A stretch of 64,000 nt of DNA from Verrucomicrobiota bacterium (GCA_013820875.1 JACDHS010000006.1:17865-81864), one strand, 5' to 3'. Shown: positions 1-8,511, numbered from the stretch's first letter. Notes: generated from the sequence alone by a model not told the origin. Program-made: numbers and translations.

Positions 1-254
1 ACTCCCGCGACTGCCGCGACACCCAATAACCTATAGATATTCGAGCGAACAGCGCAGTTGGTGGTATGAGCTTTGTCGGCCACCGCGATCTTTGCCTCTT
101 TGGCGCGAAACTTCGTCCTTTTCCAGGCAACCACGGCAGGGTTCTCAGTAACCCATGCCGCTTTTGCCTCACGCAAAGAACGACTGGCGGCTCTGCGCGT
201 CGATTCGATATCGTGTTTGACCTCTTCTTTGCTGCGCAATTCGGTCAGTTCCAT
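1..254 (-). CDS. DUF883/ElaB-YqjD-like protein, partial (3' end lies beyond window start)
   Basis: My own translation from ATG 254-252 reads MELTELRSKEEVKHDIESTRRAASRSLREAKAAW...AVRSNIYRLLGVAAVAG and stays open to position 1. It has the same helical head and onset of a hydrophobic tail as the two adjacent paralogs. It is absent from the ORF track because there is no stop in the window. Confidence 0.5.
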   Translation of the reverse strand, partial: MELTELRSKEEVKHDIESTRRAASRSLREAKAAWVTENPAVVAWKRTKFRAKEAKIAVADKAHTTNCAVRSNIYRLLGVAAVAG

Positions 255-266
255 GCTCGTGACTCC

Positions 267-524
267 TTATCTTCTGCGGGCGATCAGTCCAATAGCGAGG
301 CCACAACCAAAGGCGATGCCAAGCGCAGCATATGGGTTCTCACGGATTGCATGGTCTGTGGCGAGCGCCCCTGCCTTCGTTTTGTCCTGGGCCATGCCGT
401 AGGCGGACTGGGCTTTTTCCATTGCAGCACTCCGGGCAGCCTTGGCGCGATCACCCCATTCTTGCGCTTTTTCTTTGATCGTTTCCTGTGCTCCGCGTGC
501 GAGATTCTTCGTTCTTGTTTCCAT
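267..524 (-). CDS. DUF883 family (ElaB/YqjD/YgaM-like) membrane-anchored protein
   Basis: 85 aa. The N-part is Lys/Ala/Glu-rich and helical. The C-terminal anchor IRENPYAALGIAFGCGLAIGLIARRR is typical of the family. Confidence 0.8.
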   Translation of the reverse strand: METRTKNLARGAQETIKEKAQEWGDRAKAARSAAMEKAQSAYGMAQDKTKAGALATDHAIRENPYAALGIAFGCGLAIGLIARRR

Positions 525-649
525 AGATTGTCTTTCTTTGGTCTGTTTATGGTACGTTACTCTTTAAGTTGAGCGGGTGCTATCGGCGGAGTGGCGAACC
601 GGAGGTTCAGCGGATTTCCTGTCCGAAGCACCATGAGAATCGCTCGCGC

Positions 650-919
650 TCAATCCTCACATTCTTTTCCACTGCCGCCGCGCCCCATCAGAAATCCCAA
701 CAGGCAACCGGCGCCGAAAATAATTCCCAGCGAAACATAAGGACGCTGGCGAATGGCCTGGTCGGTTGCTTTGGAGTATTCCAATGTCCGATCGTGAAGT
801 TCATTATAGGCAGCTTTGGTGGCATCCACCGCTGCGGTGCCTGCCACTTTGGCTTTGTATTTCCATTCGGGCGATTCTTCTGCGGTTTCCTGGGCGATGT
901 CAGCAGCTTCGTTTCTCAT
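650..919 (-). CDS. DUF883 family (ElaB/YqjD-like) protein
   Basis: ORF 650..1174 trimmed to the internal ATG at 919-917 (MRNEAADIAQ...). The tail IRQRPYVSLGIIFGAGCLLGFLMGR matches the DUF883 anchor. The 85 upstream codons lie in a repeat region and look non-coding. Confidence 0.7.
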   Translation of the reverse strand: MRNEAADIAQETAEESPEWKYKAKVAGTAAVDATKAAYNELHDRTLEYSKATDQAIRQRPYVSLGIIFGAGCLLGFLMGRGGSGKECED

Positions 920-1166
920 ATTTTTTGAAATTGCATGTTGCGGTTTCTGATCAGGAAATCTGCACTCGCAGTTTCCCGTCTTAAGAATATTAGAAGAGGT
1001 GCGTTTCTTTACTATCGGGAGGAGGACTGTAATTGGACTCAGGCCAATGGCTGAACCACAAACCCAAGGACTGATGTGGAGAAAGCATTTCGAAACAAGG
1101 AATCGATTTGCCCACGGATGCAGCGTGTCGATTTGCTTCCGGCAGTTGAAAGACAAAGGAAGAAGG

Positions 1167-1288
1167 GAAACCACAGATAGACACAGATTTCAGCAGAAAA
1201 GCATTCACCTGTAGGGTCATCTCCATTTTCTTCACAAACCCTTCTTATCTGTGTCCATCTGTGTCCATCTGTGTTCATCTGTGGTTTC
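1167..1288. repeat. 10-bp tandem repeat (ATCTGTGTYC x4) with an inverted partner, forming a long imperfect hairpin
   Basis: 1247-1288 reads atctgtgtcc atctgtgtcc atctgtgttc atctgtggtttc. 1167-1188 (gaaaccacagatagacacagat) is its near-perfect reverse complement. It lies 130 nt upstream of the helicase ATG. Confidence 0.85.
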
Positions 1289-1417
1289 AACTGCTTTTTC
1301 CAGGTTCATAGCTCACCACTTTTAACGTACCCATCTCCCACAACGAAAAATATAATTATCGCCTTTCTAAATCTTTCATCCAAGGTGCATAGCTCGGTTG
1401 CTCGGTTATACTATTGC

Positions 1418-3454
1418 ATGACACCAAAACTTTTTTCGGATTTAGGGCTTTCACCAGAAATATTGAAAGCGATTGATAAACTCGGTTTCGAACAGGCTTC
1501 CCCCATTCAGGCAGACGCCATCCCGGTCCTGATGTCCGGCAAAGACGTCGTTGGACAATCCATGACCGGCTCCGGCAAGACTGCCGCATTCGCCATCCCG
1601 GCCATTGAAAAAACAGACCCACTCCAGCGCAATGTTCAGATCATGATTCTTTGCCCCACGCGCGAACTCGCCGTGCAGGTATCTGAAGAAGTACACAAAC
1701 TTGCTTTGTTCAAGCGTGGCATCAATGCGCTTCCCATTTACGGCGGCCAATCCTACGAACGCCAGTTCTGGGGTCTCAAGCAAGGCGCGCAGATCGTCAT
1801 CGGCACACCGGGCCGTGTCATGGATCACATGCGCCGCGGAACGTTGCGCCTCGATAATGTGAAGATGGCCATTCTCGACGAAGCCGATGTCATGCTCGAC
1901 ATGGGTTTCCGCGAAGACATCGAATTCATTCTCGCTGCACTACCCAAGGAACGTCAGACCGTTTTCTTCTCGGCCACCATGCCGCGCCCGATCCAGCAAC
2001 TGATCGAGAAATACGCGCGCGACCCGCAAAGCGTCCGGATCGAACAAAAAGCGATGACCGTGCCGACCGTCGAACAAGAGTTCTACGAAGTGAATCGCCC
2101 GTTCAAAGTCGAACTGCTCACCCGCCTCATTGATATTCACGATTACAAACTTGGCATCGTGTTCTGTAACACCAAGCGAATGGTGGACGATCTCGTGGAT
2201 CATTTGAATGCCCAGGGTTACTCCGCCGACCGTTTGCATGGCGACATGACGCAGGCGATGCGTGACCGGGTCATGAACAAGTTCCGCAAATCCGGTTTGG
2301 AATTTCTCGTTGCCACCGATGTCGCCGCTCGCGGCATTGATGTGGATGACGTGCAAGTCGTGTTCAATTACGACCTGCCCTACGATCCCGAAGATTACGT
2401 CCATAGGATCGGTCGGACAGGCCGCGCCGGACGTAGCGGACGCGCCATCTCGTTTGTCTCGGGTCGCGAGTTATTTCAAATCCAGCACATTGAACGCTTC
2501 ACCAAGATGCGGATTCAGCGTGGCAAAATCCCTACGGCCAACGAAGTTGAGGAAGCGCGCGCCAGTGTGTTCGTCGATAAAGTTCGTGAAATCCTGCAGG
2601 GCGGAAAATTCAAGCCGCAGGATCATCTGGTCGGCCGTTTGTTGGAAGAAGGATTTACTTCCACCGACATTGCTTCCGCACTCATTCACCTCTTGCAAGG
2701 CGACGAAGCGCCTCAAGCAGCCCGCTCCGAGGATTACGACCGTCCCGAACGCGCGCCGATGCGTGGGGATGCGCGCCAGGATCGTTTTGCCGACCGTGGT
2801 GGCCGAGGAGAACAACGCGGCTTCGACGATCGTCGTGGAGACCGCGGTGGCCGTGGCGGATTTGATGATCGCCGCGAGCGCGCACCGATGCGCCGCCCGG
2901 AACCCTCCAATTTCCGCGTCGCCGATGTGCGCGAGAAACAGCAACGCGAAGCGTTCGTGCCGAAGCGAGTCATTCCACCCGCTGGCGCACCGAAAACATT
3001 CGTGCCAAAGACAGTTACACCCAAAACGGTTACGCCAAAGCCAATCGCTCCAAAAACAGTTATCCCCAAGGCGCCGGAACCCGTGAAAACGGAGAAACCA
3101 ACCGCCCCTGTATCGGAAGCCGCTCCATCGGAACCGAAGAAGCCGCTCCCCTTTCCAGATCGTCGTCCAGAGACAACTGTTGCACCGAAAAAGGTGGCCA
3201 AATCAACGAAGGGCACTCCCGGTGACCAAACCCGTTTGCACATGAACATCGGCGAAGAGTTGGGATTCCGTCCGGCGGATGTAGTGAGTATCATCATGGG
3301 GGAGACCGGTGTCCCCGCAAAGCATATCGGAACCATCGACATGCGCGAAAAGCATCTATTCGTCAACGTCACCGCCGAGCACGCCAAAGCTATTGTTTCC
3401 AAGCTGAACCGAGCCCAGGTCAAAAACCAGAAATTGAAGGTTAAAGTGGCGTAG
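1418..3454 (+). CDS. deaD: DEAD-box ATP-dependent RNA helicase with C-terminal DbpA-type RNA-binding domain
   Basis: Q-motif region GFEQASPIQ, Walker A GSGKT, DEAD (LDEADVML), SAT, HRIGRTGRAG. The C-terminal segment TRLHMNIGEELGFRPADVV...KVKVA is DbpA-like. The start is trimmed from the track's 1271 to ATG 1418 (MTPKLFSDLGL). Confidence 0.9.
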   Translation: MTPKLFSDLGLSPEILKAIDKLGFEQASPIQADAIPVLMSGKDVVGQSMTGSGKTAAFAIPAIEKTDPLQRNVQIMILCPTRELAVQVSEEVHKLALFKRGINALPIYGGQSYERQFWGLKQGAQIVIGTPGRVMDHMRRGTLRLDNVKMAILDEADVMLDMGFREDIEFILAALPKERQTVFFSATMPRPIQQLIEKYARDPQSVRIEQKAMTVPTVEQEFYEVNRPFKVELLTRLIDIHDYKLGIVFCNTKRMVDDLVDHLNAQGYSADRLHGDMTQAMRDRVMNKFRKSGLEFLVATDVAARGIDVDDVQVVFNYDLPYDPEDYVHRIGRTGRAGRSGRAISFVSGRELFQIQHIERFTKMRIQRGKIPTANEVEEARASVFVDKVREILQGGKFKPQDHLVGRLLEEGFTSTDIASALIHLLQGDEAPQAARSEDYDRPERAPMRGDARQDRFADRGGRGEQRGFDDRRGDRGGRGGFDDRRERAPMRRPEPSNFRVADVREKQQREAFVPKRVIPPAGAPKTFVPKTVTPKTVTPKPIAPKTVIPKAPEPVKTEKPTAPVSEAAPSEPKKPLPFPDRRPETTVAPKKVAKSTKGTPGDQTRLHMNIGEELGFRPADVVSIIMGETGVPAKHIGTIDMREKHLFVNVTAEHAKAIVSKLNRAQVKNQKLKVKVA

Positions 3455-3508
3455 GCGATTGACGATTCTTGATTGACGATTGACGTGTCTCCGGCACGGA
3501 CTCAAACC

Positions 3509-3550
3509 ATGGCGCAGACAACAATCATTGTTTGCGCCATTTTACTTTTG
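3509..3550. terminator. Stem-loop between convergent genes (likely bidirectional intrinsic terminator)
   Basis: atggcgcagacaa (3509-3521) pairs with ttgtttgcgccat (3528-3540), 13 bp with one G-T pair, followed by tttacttttg. Confidence 0.6.
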
Positions 3551-3570
3551 ATCGGACGACTGCTAATCCT

Positions 3571-3927
3571 CTACGCACTCACCAGGACTTTGAACCCGCC
3601 CCAGGCCATCCGCTTGCAATCGAAGGGCATGTCTTTCTCCCCCATCTCTTGCATGCGAGGATCTTGCATCACCTTCGCGTTGACTTTGTCCCGATGCGCT
3701 CGTGATTTGAAAACGATCCATGCAAACACAACGGTCTCGCCCGGTTTAGCCTTTGCGAGTTTAGGAAAGGGAATGCCGAATTTCACATCCATGTCGTCCC
3801 CGACACATTCGCGGTATTCGAGAGCGCCATGTTCGCGCCAGATTTTCCCCGCCTTCTGCGCAATGCGCCGGTAATCCTGAATCTTTTCCGTGGGCACGGA
3901 TAAAACGAATCCATCTACATACTCCAT
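3571..3927 (-). CDS. DUF1428 family protein
   Basis: 118 aa. MEYVDGFVLSVP...WREHGALEYRECVGDD...VVFAWIVFKSRAHRD...PFDCKRMAWGGF matches the DUF1428 pattern as I recall it. Confidence 0.7.
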   Translation of the reverse strand: MEYVDGFVLSVPTEKIQDYRRIAQKAGKIWREHGALEYRECVGDDMDVKFGIPFPKLAKAKPGETVVFAWIVFKSRAHRDKVNAKVMQDPRMQEMGEKDMPFDCKRMAWGGFKVLVSA

Positions 3928-3956
3928 ATCATTTCCTTTGTTTTACGGTTTTCGGT

Positions 3957-5300
3957 TCAAGTGGTTACGTCGCTCAATTGATGTTGTGTGAGATGCCGAT
4001 TCTGTAACTCACAATTGTTCAGCCGGTTCGATAACAACAACTGCTCTGATTTAATCTCCGTCAGTTGAATCGCTTTTTGAAGATGTTGAGCGGCTAACTC
4101 AAAGTTCTTCAAGCGGGTTTCAAATTCAGCCTTCACTGCATAAAATAAATAGTAAGCTTCCAACGACTGCTGATTCTGAATGGCGGCTACAGCCTCCATC
4201 CCGGCTTTCGGCCCGTGGACCTGCGCAACGGCAACGGCCCGGTTCAACGCGATCACCGGCGATGCGTCCAGACTCACTAATTGATCGTACAATGCCAAAA
4301 TCCGCGGCCAATCTGTGGATGCGTAATCCCCCGCTGTGCAGTGGCACCCCGCGATTCCCGCTTGAAGATGATACGCCGTCAGGTCTTCGCCGACTGCGGA
4401 GCGCGCCAGGTGATACATTCCCCGCGCGATCATTCCCTGGTTCCAACTGGAACGATCCTGTTCCTCCAACCGAAGAACGTTTCCCGCAATATCCGTCCGC
4501 GCGGAAAGTCGCGCGGCATTGAATAACATCAGGGCGAGCAACGCATGCGTGCGCGGCTGGTTCCCTTCCGGATGTTCGGCCAGCAATGTTCCCAACCGAA
4601 TTGCTTCAACGCAGAGTTCTTCGCGAATTAAACTCTCCCCGTTCGACGCCTTATAACCTTCGTTGAACAACAGGTAGAGCGTTTGCAGCACGCCATTCAG
4701 GCGATCCGAAAGTTCATTACCACAGGGAATCTCAAACGGAATTTTCAACTCGCGAATTCTCTGCCTGGCGCGCGTCAACCGCTTGGCAACAGCGGCTTCC
4801 GTCGTCAGGAACGCTTTCGCAATTTCCGCCGGACTGAATCCGCAAAGCGTTTTGAGCGCAAGCGCCGTTTGCGATTCAGACGGAATCAACGGATGACAAC
4901 ACGCAAACATCAGTCGCAGGCGGCCATCCTTGATTTCTGTTTCAAACGCAGGTGAATCCTCGACGTTGACCTCATTCGACCATTGCTCAATGAAGGCAAT
5001 GATCTGCGGTTGCTTCTCGTAAAAAACCTTTTCGCGCCGGAGCACATCCAACGCGAGGTTCTTCGCCGTCTGCGTGAGCCATGCGGCTGGATTCCTGGGA
5101 ATCCCGTAGTAAGGCCAGGTCTGCAATGCCCGCCCCAATGCTTCCTGCACCACATCTTCCGACAACTGCAAACGTTCGATCCCAAAGAGACCCGTCAACA
5201 CGGAAACAAGCTTCCCTGCCTCATGTCGAAAGAGGTGATCAGTCAGCCCTGAAATATCGCGGCCCGGATCTGACCCTGGATTATTTGCGTCCGAACTCAC
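3957..5300 (-). CDS. ECF-type RNA polymerase sigma factor with long C-terminal helical/TPR-like extension (ECF42-like)
   Basis: 447 aa. The N-terminal sigma-2/sigma-4 regions read FRHEAGKLVSVLTGLFG...NPAAWLTQTAKNLALDVLRR...GFSPAEIAKAFLTTEAAVAKRLTRARQRI. They are followed by about 250 aa of helical extension. Two DGPF genes lie immediately upstream. Confidence 0.8.
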   Translation of the reverse strand: MSSDANNPGSDPGRDISGLTDHLFRHEAGKLVSVLTGLFGIERLQLSEDVVQEALGRALQTWPYYGIPRNPAAWLTQTAKNLALDVLRREKVFYEKQPQIIAFIEQWSNEVNVEDSPAFETEIKDGRLRLMFACCHPLIPSESQTALALKTLCGFSPAEIAKAFLTTEAAVAKRLTRARQRIRELKIPFEIPCGNELSDRLNGVLQTLYLLFNEGYKASNGESLIREELCVEAIRLGTLLAEHPEGNQPRTHALLALMLFNAARLSARTDIAGNVLRLEEQDRSSWNQGMIARGMYHLARSAVGEDLTAYHLQAGIAGCHCTAGDYASTDWPRILALYDQLVSLDASPVIALNRAVAVAQVHGPKAGMEAVAAIQNQQSLEAYYLFYAVKAEFETRLKNFELAAQHLQKAIQLTEIKSEQLLLSNRLNNCELQNRHLTQHQLSDVTT

Positions 5301-5439
5301 TGATCACATCCACCTGGACCACTGAAAGCAACCCGGGCACGTTTGCTGAGTGTCAGTGTGCGTGCCCCTTCTGGTATTGGCCGAACTTGATTTTTCATTC
5401 TTTGTCTCTGCTTGAATTCTCGTCTTTTGGTAAATGCTT

Positions 5440-5865
5440 TTATGCGGTCACGCCCGCGGTCTCTCCCGAGCGCGTCGAATCTTCCAACGCACGTTCCCTC
5501 ACTCCGCAGATCTCTGCCACCGGCCGAACCTCGACCGCCGCCCCGTATTCGAGCCCGGGACATTGCTTTGCGATTTCGAGCGCTTCGTCCATTCCCGCGA
5601 CATGAAGATAAAAATAGCCGCCAATGGCCTCCTTGGATTCCGCAAAAGGGCCGTCGGCGACAGATTGACCTTTCTTCCCGGAAACAATCTTGCCCTCATT
5701 CATCAGCGGATGGCCGGACTTCGCCTTGCCCTCTTTCGTGAGTCCTTCGAACCAGGCCATCCAGTCGGAAACCACCTTTTGAAGTTGTTCCGGAGAGAGA
5801 CCTTTGTCCCAGTTGGTCCCGCGAAAAAGCAGCATGTAATCAGATTTCGGTGTGGGTGTGTTCAT
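5440..5865 (-). CDS. YciI-related / DGPF domain protein
   Basis: Trimmed to ATG 5865 (MNTPTPKSDYMLLFRG...). It contains DGPFAESKEAIGGYFYL, the DGPF signature. Confidence 0.8.
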   Translation of the reverse strand: MNTPTPKSDYMLLFRGTNWDKGLSPEQLQKVVSDWMAWFEGLTKEGKAKSGHPLMNEGKIVSGKKGQSVADGPFAESKEAIGGYFYLHVAGMDEALEIAKQCPGLEYGAAVEVRPVAEICGVRERALEDSTRSGETAGVTA

Positions 5866-5881
5866 AGTGTCATTTGTGCCA

Positions 5882-6280
5882 TTAAGCCGTTGCCAGTGCC
5901 AATCGTTCTTTTGCCCGTTTGAAGCACGGGCATTCATCCAGCACCTGCCGCACTTCGATGTTAACCCCGTACTCAAGGGTCGGACTGGATTTTGCGATGT
6001 TTGTCGCCTCTTCGATACTGTCCGCCGTGATCAGCAGATAACCACCGATCGCTTCCTTCGATTCCGCGAATGGTCCGTCGGAAACTTTCTGCCCGGAAAG
6101 GGTTCGCCCCTCGCGAGCGAGGGGTTGGCCTCCTTTTACTCGTCCTTGTTCTTGCAGCCCATCAAACCACGCCATGACTTTGTCCAGGCGTTGCTGCAGT
6201 TCTTCGGGGGAGATTCCCTGGTCCCAATCCGGTCCACTGAAAAGCAGTATGTATTCGGATGATGTCTTTGAATTGTTCAT
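5882..6280 (-). CDS. YciI-related / DGPF domain protein (paralog)
   Basis: 132 aa with SDGPFAESKEAIGGYLLI. It is clearly homologous to the adjacent gene. Confidence 0.85.
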   Translation of the reverse strand: MNNSKTSSEYILLFSGPDWDQGISPEELQQRLDKVMAWFDGLQEQGRVKGGQPLAREGRTLSGQKVSDGPFAESKEAIGGYLLITADSIEEATNIAKSSPTLEYGVNIEVRQVLDECPCFKRAKERLALATA

Positions 6281-6404
6281 AGTCTTTCCTTTTGTCGTAT
6301 AATTTTAATCTCGTTTCAATACTACGACGAATGAAGCGAAGCTTTTAGGACAGTCTGCGGGTGATTTTATCATAGAGTAGAACAGCGCATCTTGCCTGTC
6401 CCGA

Positions 6405-6476
6405 GTGAAGGGGAGAAAAGGAGAAGAGGTGAAAAGGAGCACCACCCGCCCTTTTCACCTTTTCACCTTTTCACCC
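6405..6476. repeat. 8-bp tandem repeat (TTTTCACC x3) with a purine-rich inverted partner, forming a hairpin
   Basis: ggtgaaaagg (6428-6437) pairs perfectly with ccttttcacc (6450-6459). The right arm continues as ttttcacc x3. The left arm 6405-6437 is an imperfect complement. Confidence 0.85.
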
Positions 6477-6693
6477 ACTTCAACAGCAACGCACCGGGAA
6501 TGGCGGTTCAGACGAAAGACTATTAATCGAAACGGGCAAAGACCTCTTATGAAGTTTCGGGAGCACCCTTATCGCCACAGTTCGGGTCGAGAATTAGTTT
6601 TGCCGCGTGCGATTGAATTACATGGGCGCTGCTCGGCGCGATTGCACGGGAAGCTATCGAAAATGCACAGTTCAAAACATTGAGGAAATCAGA

Positions 6694-7212
6694 ATGAAAA
6701 TTAAAGGGATACTTACATTGATTGCAGTTCTGCTGATCGCGGCGCCAACGACCACCAAAGCGCAAAATTGGTTTAGAGAGGCCGCCGGTTCGGAAGGTGG
6801 CATGTTCTCATCGCACGAACTTAGATATGAGGCGTTTGGGTCTTGGGGCACCCGGGACAGGAAGAATTTCTCCAGCGATCGTCCCGGCGTGGGCATGGGG
6901 GTTGATTACTTTTTTACCCGCCACTTTGGAATTGCAGCAGATACCTATCTGGATCGCTTCGATTGGCCTACGCATTTGGACATCAGCGGCGTTGCCCGGT
7001 GGCCGATTGAACAGGTTGCCATCGCGCCCTATCTTTTTGGCGGGTTTGGCCGGCAATGGCAACACGTCGGCCAGTGGACCGGCCATATCGGATTGGGCCT
7101 TGAATGGAGGGCTACCAACGAAATGGGCGTCTTTTTCGACGCGAGACAGGTCGGCGCAGACAAAACCCGTGATTTCACACTCTACCGCCTGGGTGTGCGA
7201 TTCGGATTTTGA
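6694..7212 (+). CDS. Small outer-membrane beta-barrel protein (signal peptide, C-terminal aromatic)
   Basis: Trimmed to ATG 6694, with gaggaaa upstream. The signal peptide is MKIKGILTLIAVLLIAAPTTTKAQ. The body shows alternating beta-strand patterns and ends ...YRLGVRFGF. Confidence 0.65.
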   Translation: MKIKGILTLIAVLLIAAPTTTKAQNWFREAAGSEGGMFSSHELRYEAFGSWGTRDRKNFSSDRPGVGMGVDYFFTRHFGIAADTYLDRFDWPTHLDISGVARWPIEQVAIAPYLFGGFGRQWQHVGQWTGHIGLGLEWRATNEMGVFFDARQVGADKTRDFTLYRLGVRFGF

Positions 7213-7324
7213 AGAACCGGCCTCTTGTTTTTAAAGGGCGAGTTCGCAGCAGATGGATTGCGAAGAAGGCCGCTTGAAAAGCCACCCACCTGTTGGGTGA
7301 AGTCTTTGTTGGGATTGGGGCTCT

Positions 7325-8437
7325 TCACTCAGCAATCAACTTGCGTGATAACTTCTCCAGTTCTTTGGAAAAACGCGCGGGGTTGAAATCAGGGAGTGAT
7401 TGGGTCAGAGCGAAGAGTTGGTTTATTTCGGGGTCAAGTTTTTGATTGTAGCCGGAATGTCCAGCGAGTCGGTCAAGACCCAGCACGAGCCTTTCGGCGC
7501 GGCGAGCGTGGACGGCGACAGGAACCTCCTTGTTCTGAAATTCAGGGAAAGTTTCGGCCAATTGACGCAACTGTTTGCGGGCGTGATCCGCATTCCACCT
7601 GGCATCGGCAGCCTGGCGGGCGGCGTCATCGGCACGCTTCTGAACGCGGGTGTAATGGGTTCGTTCGCTTTCGGTATCGCCGCTCGGAACATCCATGCCA
7701 GTGGCACGGACGAGCCAGAGCAATCCCGCCCAGCGGTCGTGCAGTTTTTTATCGGCATTCTCTTCACGCGCCAGTTGCCAGCTCATTTCCCGGAGGGCCA
7801 CCAGTTGACCGATGTACCAGGCTTGCGCACCGGAATAGGATTCTTTTTCCCGCCAATGCTTCGGCTGCGACACGCTTTGGCCATCCAGTTCAAAAATCAA
7901 TTCGGGATGACCGGCTGCAGCCAGTTCGGGTTCGAGGGTTTGATGGCAGGCAACGCAGGTATTGGCGCGGACGTAGAGATTTTTGAGATCACGCATTCCG
8001 GAAGCGACGCGATCGAAATGATTGAAGTCAGGTCGAGTATGGGAAAGAAGCCACGGTTCGGCGGCGCCATGGCAACTCTCGCAAGAGACGCCCTGGGAAA
8101 TCTTGATTCCCTGCGCGAGCAACTTTTCGCTTACCGTTTGAAACGGTGCATGGCAGGTGGTGCATTGAGCGCTTTTGGTTGCGTCTTCAATTTTCAATAC
8201 TTCGGCCATTCGTTCTGAACGGGCGGAGGTGAGAGTGGCGTAGGAGCGGGAATGAAAATCGAGCTTTGACCAGATAACACATTGGTTCTTCTCCTCGCTG
8301 GCTCCGCCGTGGCAACTGGTCGAACTGCAGGAAGGCATCCCCGTGAAGCGGGGCGGTTGAATCGTTTCCGCGGCGAGCCACCCGCTGGTAACGGTAATCA
8401 AACTGAATAAGACGGCGGCGATTTTCAAAAGTCTCAT
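7325..8437 (-). CDS. Periplasmic multiheme cytochrome c (3 CxxCH + 1 Cx4CH) with helical C-terminal domain
   Basis: Signal peptide MRLLKIAAVLFSLITVTSGWLAAE. Heme motifs are CSSTSCH, CTTCH, CESCH and CVACH. It is divergent from the 8512-14099 operon. Confidence 0.8.
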   Translation of the reverse strand: MRLLKIAAVLFSLITVTSGWLAAETIQPPRFTGMPSCSSTSCHGGASEEKNQCVIWSKLDFHSRSYATLTSARSERMAEVLKIEDATKSAQCTTCHAPFQTVSEKLLAQGIKISQGVSCESCHGAAEPWLLSHTRPDFNHFDRVASGMRDLKNLYVRANTCVACHQTLEPELAAAGHPELIFELDGQSVSQPKHWREKESYSGAQAWYIGQLVALREMSWQLAREENADKKLHDRWAGLLWLVRATGMDVPSGDTESERTHYTRVQKRADDAARQAADARWNADHARKQLRQLAETFPEFQNKEVPVAVHARRAERLVLGLDRLAGHSGYNQKLDPEINQLFALTQSLPDFNPARFSKELEKLSRKLIAE

Positions 8438-8511
8438 GACCCGTTTGAGTAAACAAAGAAAGTTGTTCGTTTACTCTGTAATTGGCTTTTGTTAAACAAT
8501 TCCTGACTTAG

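Noticed and set aside
66-572. Plus-strand ORFs of 168 and 109 aa at the window start.
   Set aside because: They are antisense shadows of the DUF883 genes. Their composition is Cys/Arg/Phe-rich and non-protein-like.
1271-1417. N-terminal extension of the helicase ORF as given in the track. The same issue applies to ORFs 650..1174, 5440..5976, 16102..17760, 18232..19299, 28379..29884, 32660..33325, 34367..34789, 49674..51536, 51244..52332 and 54335..55561.
   Set aside because: The extensions read through repeat or intergenic sequence and precede the conserved N-termini or signal peptides. I chose internal ATGs that match family N-termini.
2310-3423. Large overlapping ORFs on other frames or strands inside the helicase gene (258 aa on plus, 229 aa on minus). 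Comparable cases are 29885..30838 (-), 36648..37367 (+), 37903..38436 (+), 56424..57326 (-), 53669..54265 (+), 62558..63082 (+) and 63119..63631 (+).
   Set aside because: They are shadow ORFs within well-supported genes. Their Arg/Ser/Pro-rich composition reflects GC skew, and they carry no motifs.
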